Assembly: GCA_009859145.1 (NCBI GenBank)
Contig: VRVR01000022.1
Location: 62,001 to 126,000 of the forward strand
DNA: 64,000 nt
From: Andalucia godoyi And28
Lineage: Eukaryota; Protista; Jakobida
Direction of reading: 5' to 3'
The notes under the pieces were generated by a model. That model worked only from the letters and a program-made list of their open reading frames with translations, was not told the DNA's origin and did not search any database. Within the stretch, counting starts at the first letter, position 1. Every line of letters starts with the position of its first letter. The position numbers and the translations under genes were made by a program. Positions 63,574 to 64,000 of this stretch are shown in pieces.

Positions 63574-64000
63574 TCGTGCGTATCAGTTCGTCGAGCGAAC
63601 AGCCGGAAAACCGTTGTCACCAATCTGTGAAAAATCGCTTTCAGCAAAGTAACGGTGCAGTGGAAGACGAAAATGCGTCATGAATTATGTGCACACAAGC
63701 AGAGTCATCAACACCTCATCGGGAGGCGGTTTTCGTCGGGCGGGCAGACGATTACCAAATGTCGACGGTTGTCAACAGAATGCTCCCGAGGAAAAAAACC
63801 CCCCCTTTTTCGTCTGATTTACCGACGACCCCAAACACCATTGTTCTCAGCATCAGACAGCAAAGCGGATGCGCTGCGTGACTCATGTTGTGTGCTCGTG
63901 ACGAAGAAGCGAAATGTTTGTTGTTTACATCGATTCCTAGAGCGATGAGGATTGCCGGCGAGCTTCGGTAAACATGGTTCGGAAGTAGCCCGCTAGGGAC

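Noticed and set aside
1-64000. tRNA, rRNA, snRNA genes and CRISPR arrays
   Set aside because: No cloverleaf, rRNA, U-snRNA signature or repeat-spacer array was seen by eye; tRNAscan-SE and Infernal would be needed for a definitive exclusion.

Overview
Eukaryotic, gene-dense and intron-poor nuclear DNA from a mitochondriate protist. A jakobid/discobid-like compact genome is only a guess from gene density and intron scarcity. About 35 protein-coding genes are supported, nearly all single-exon housekeeping genes: CRT-like transporter, xylulokinase, DDX18/HAS1, RPS6, steroid 5-alpha-reductase, TCAB1/WRAP53, SF3B1, RAD5/16-type SNF2-RING, E2, MVD, CPSF6-like, LPAAT, NIP7, PSMC1, PP2Ac, PSMB2, CCDC93, ZnT5-like, Tom22, a spliced complex I B9-like microprotein and a DNL zinc finger. 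Four GT-AG introns can be read directly. The most notable non-housekeeping signal is a dispersed family of internally deleted Fanzor (eukaryotic TnpB/Cas12-like) relics at 28.7-29.1, 44.8-45.5 (duplicated at 51.6-52.2), 53.7-53.9, 56.4-56.7 and 61.2-61.3 kb. Several keep a collinear, hairpin-rich non-coding 3' module that looks like an omega-RNA scaffold, even though the nuclease ORF is destroyed. The window also contains a 947-bp inverted segmental duplication, a ~520-bp dispersed repeat, an SF3B1 with substitutions at human cancer-hotspot positions, and an RPS6 lacking its phospho-tail. All family assignments are from motif recognition by eye; no database searches were run.
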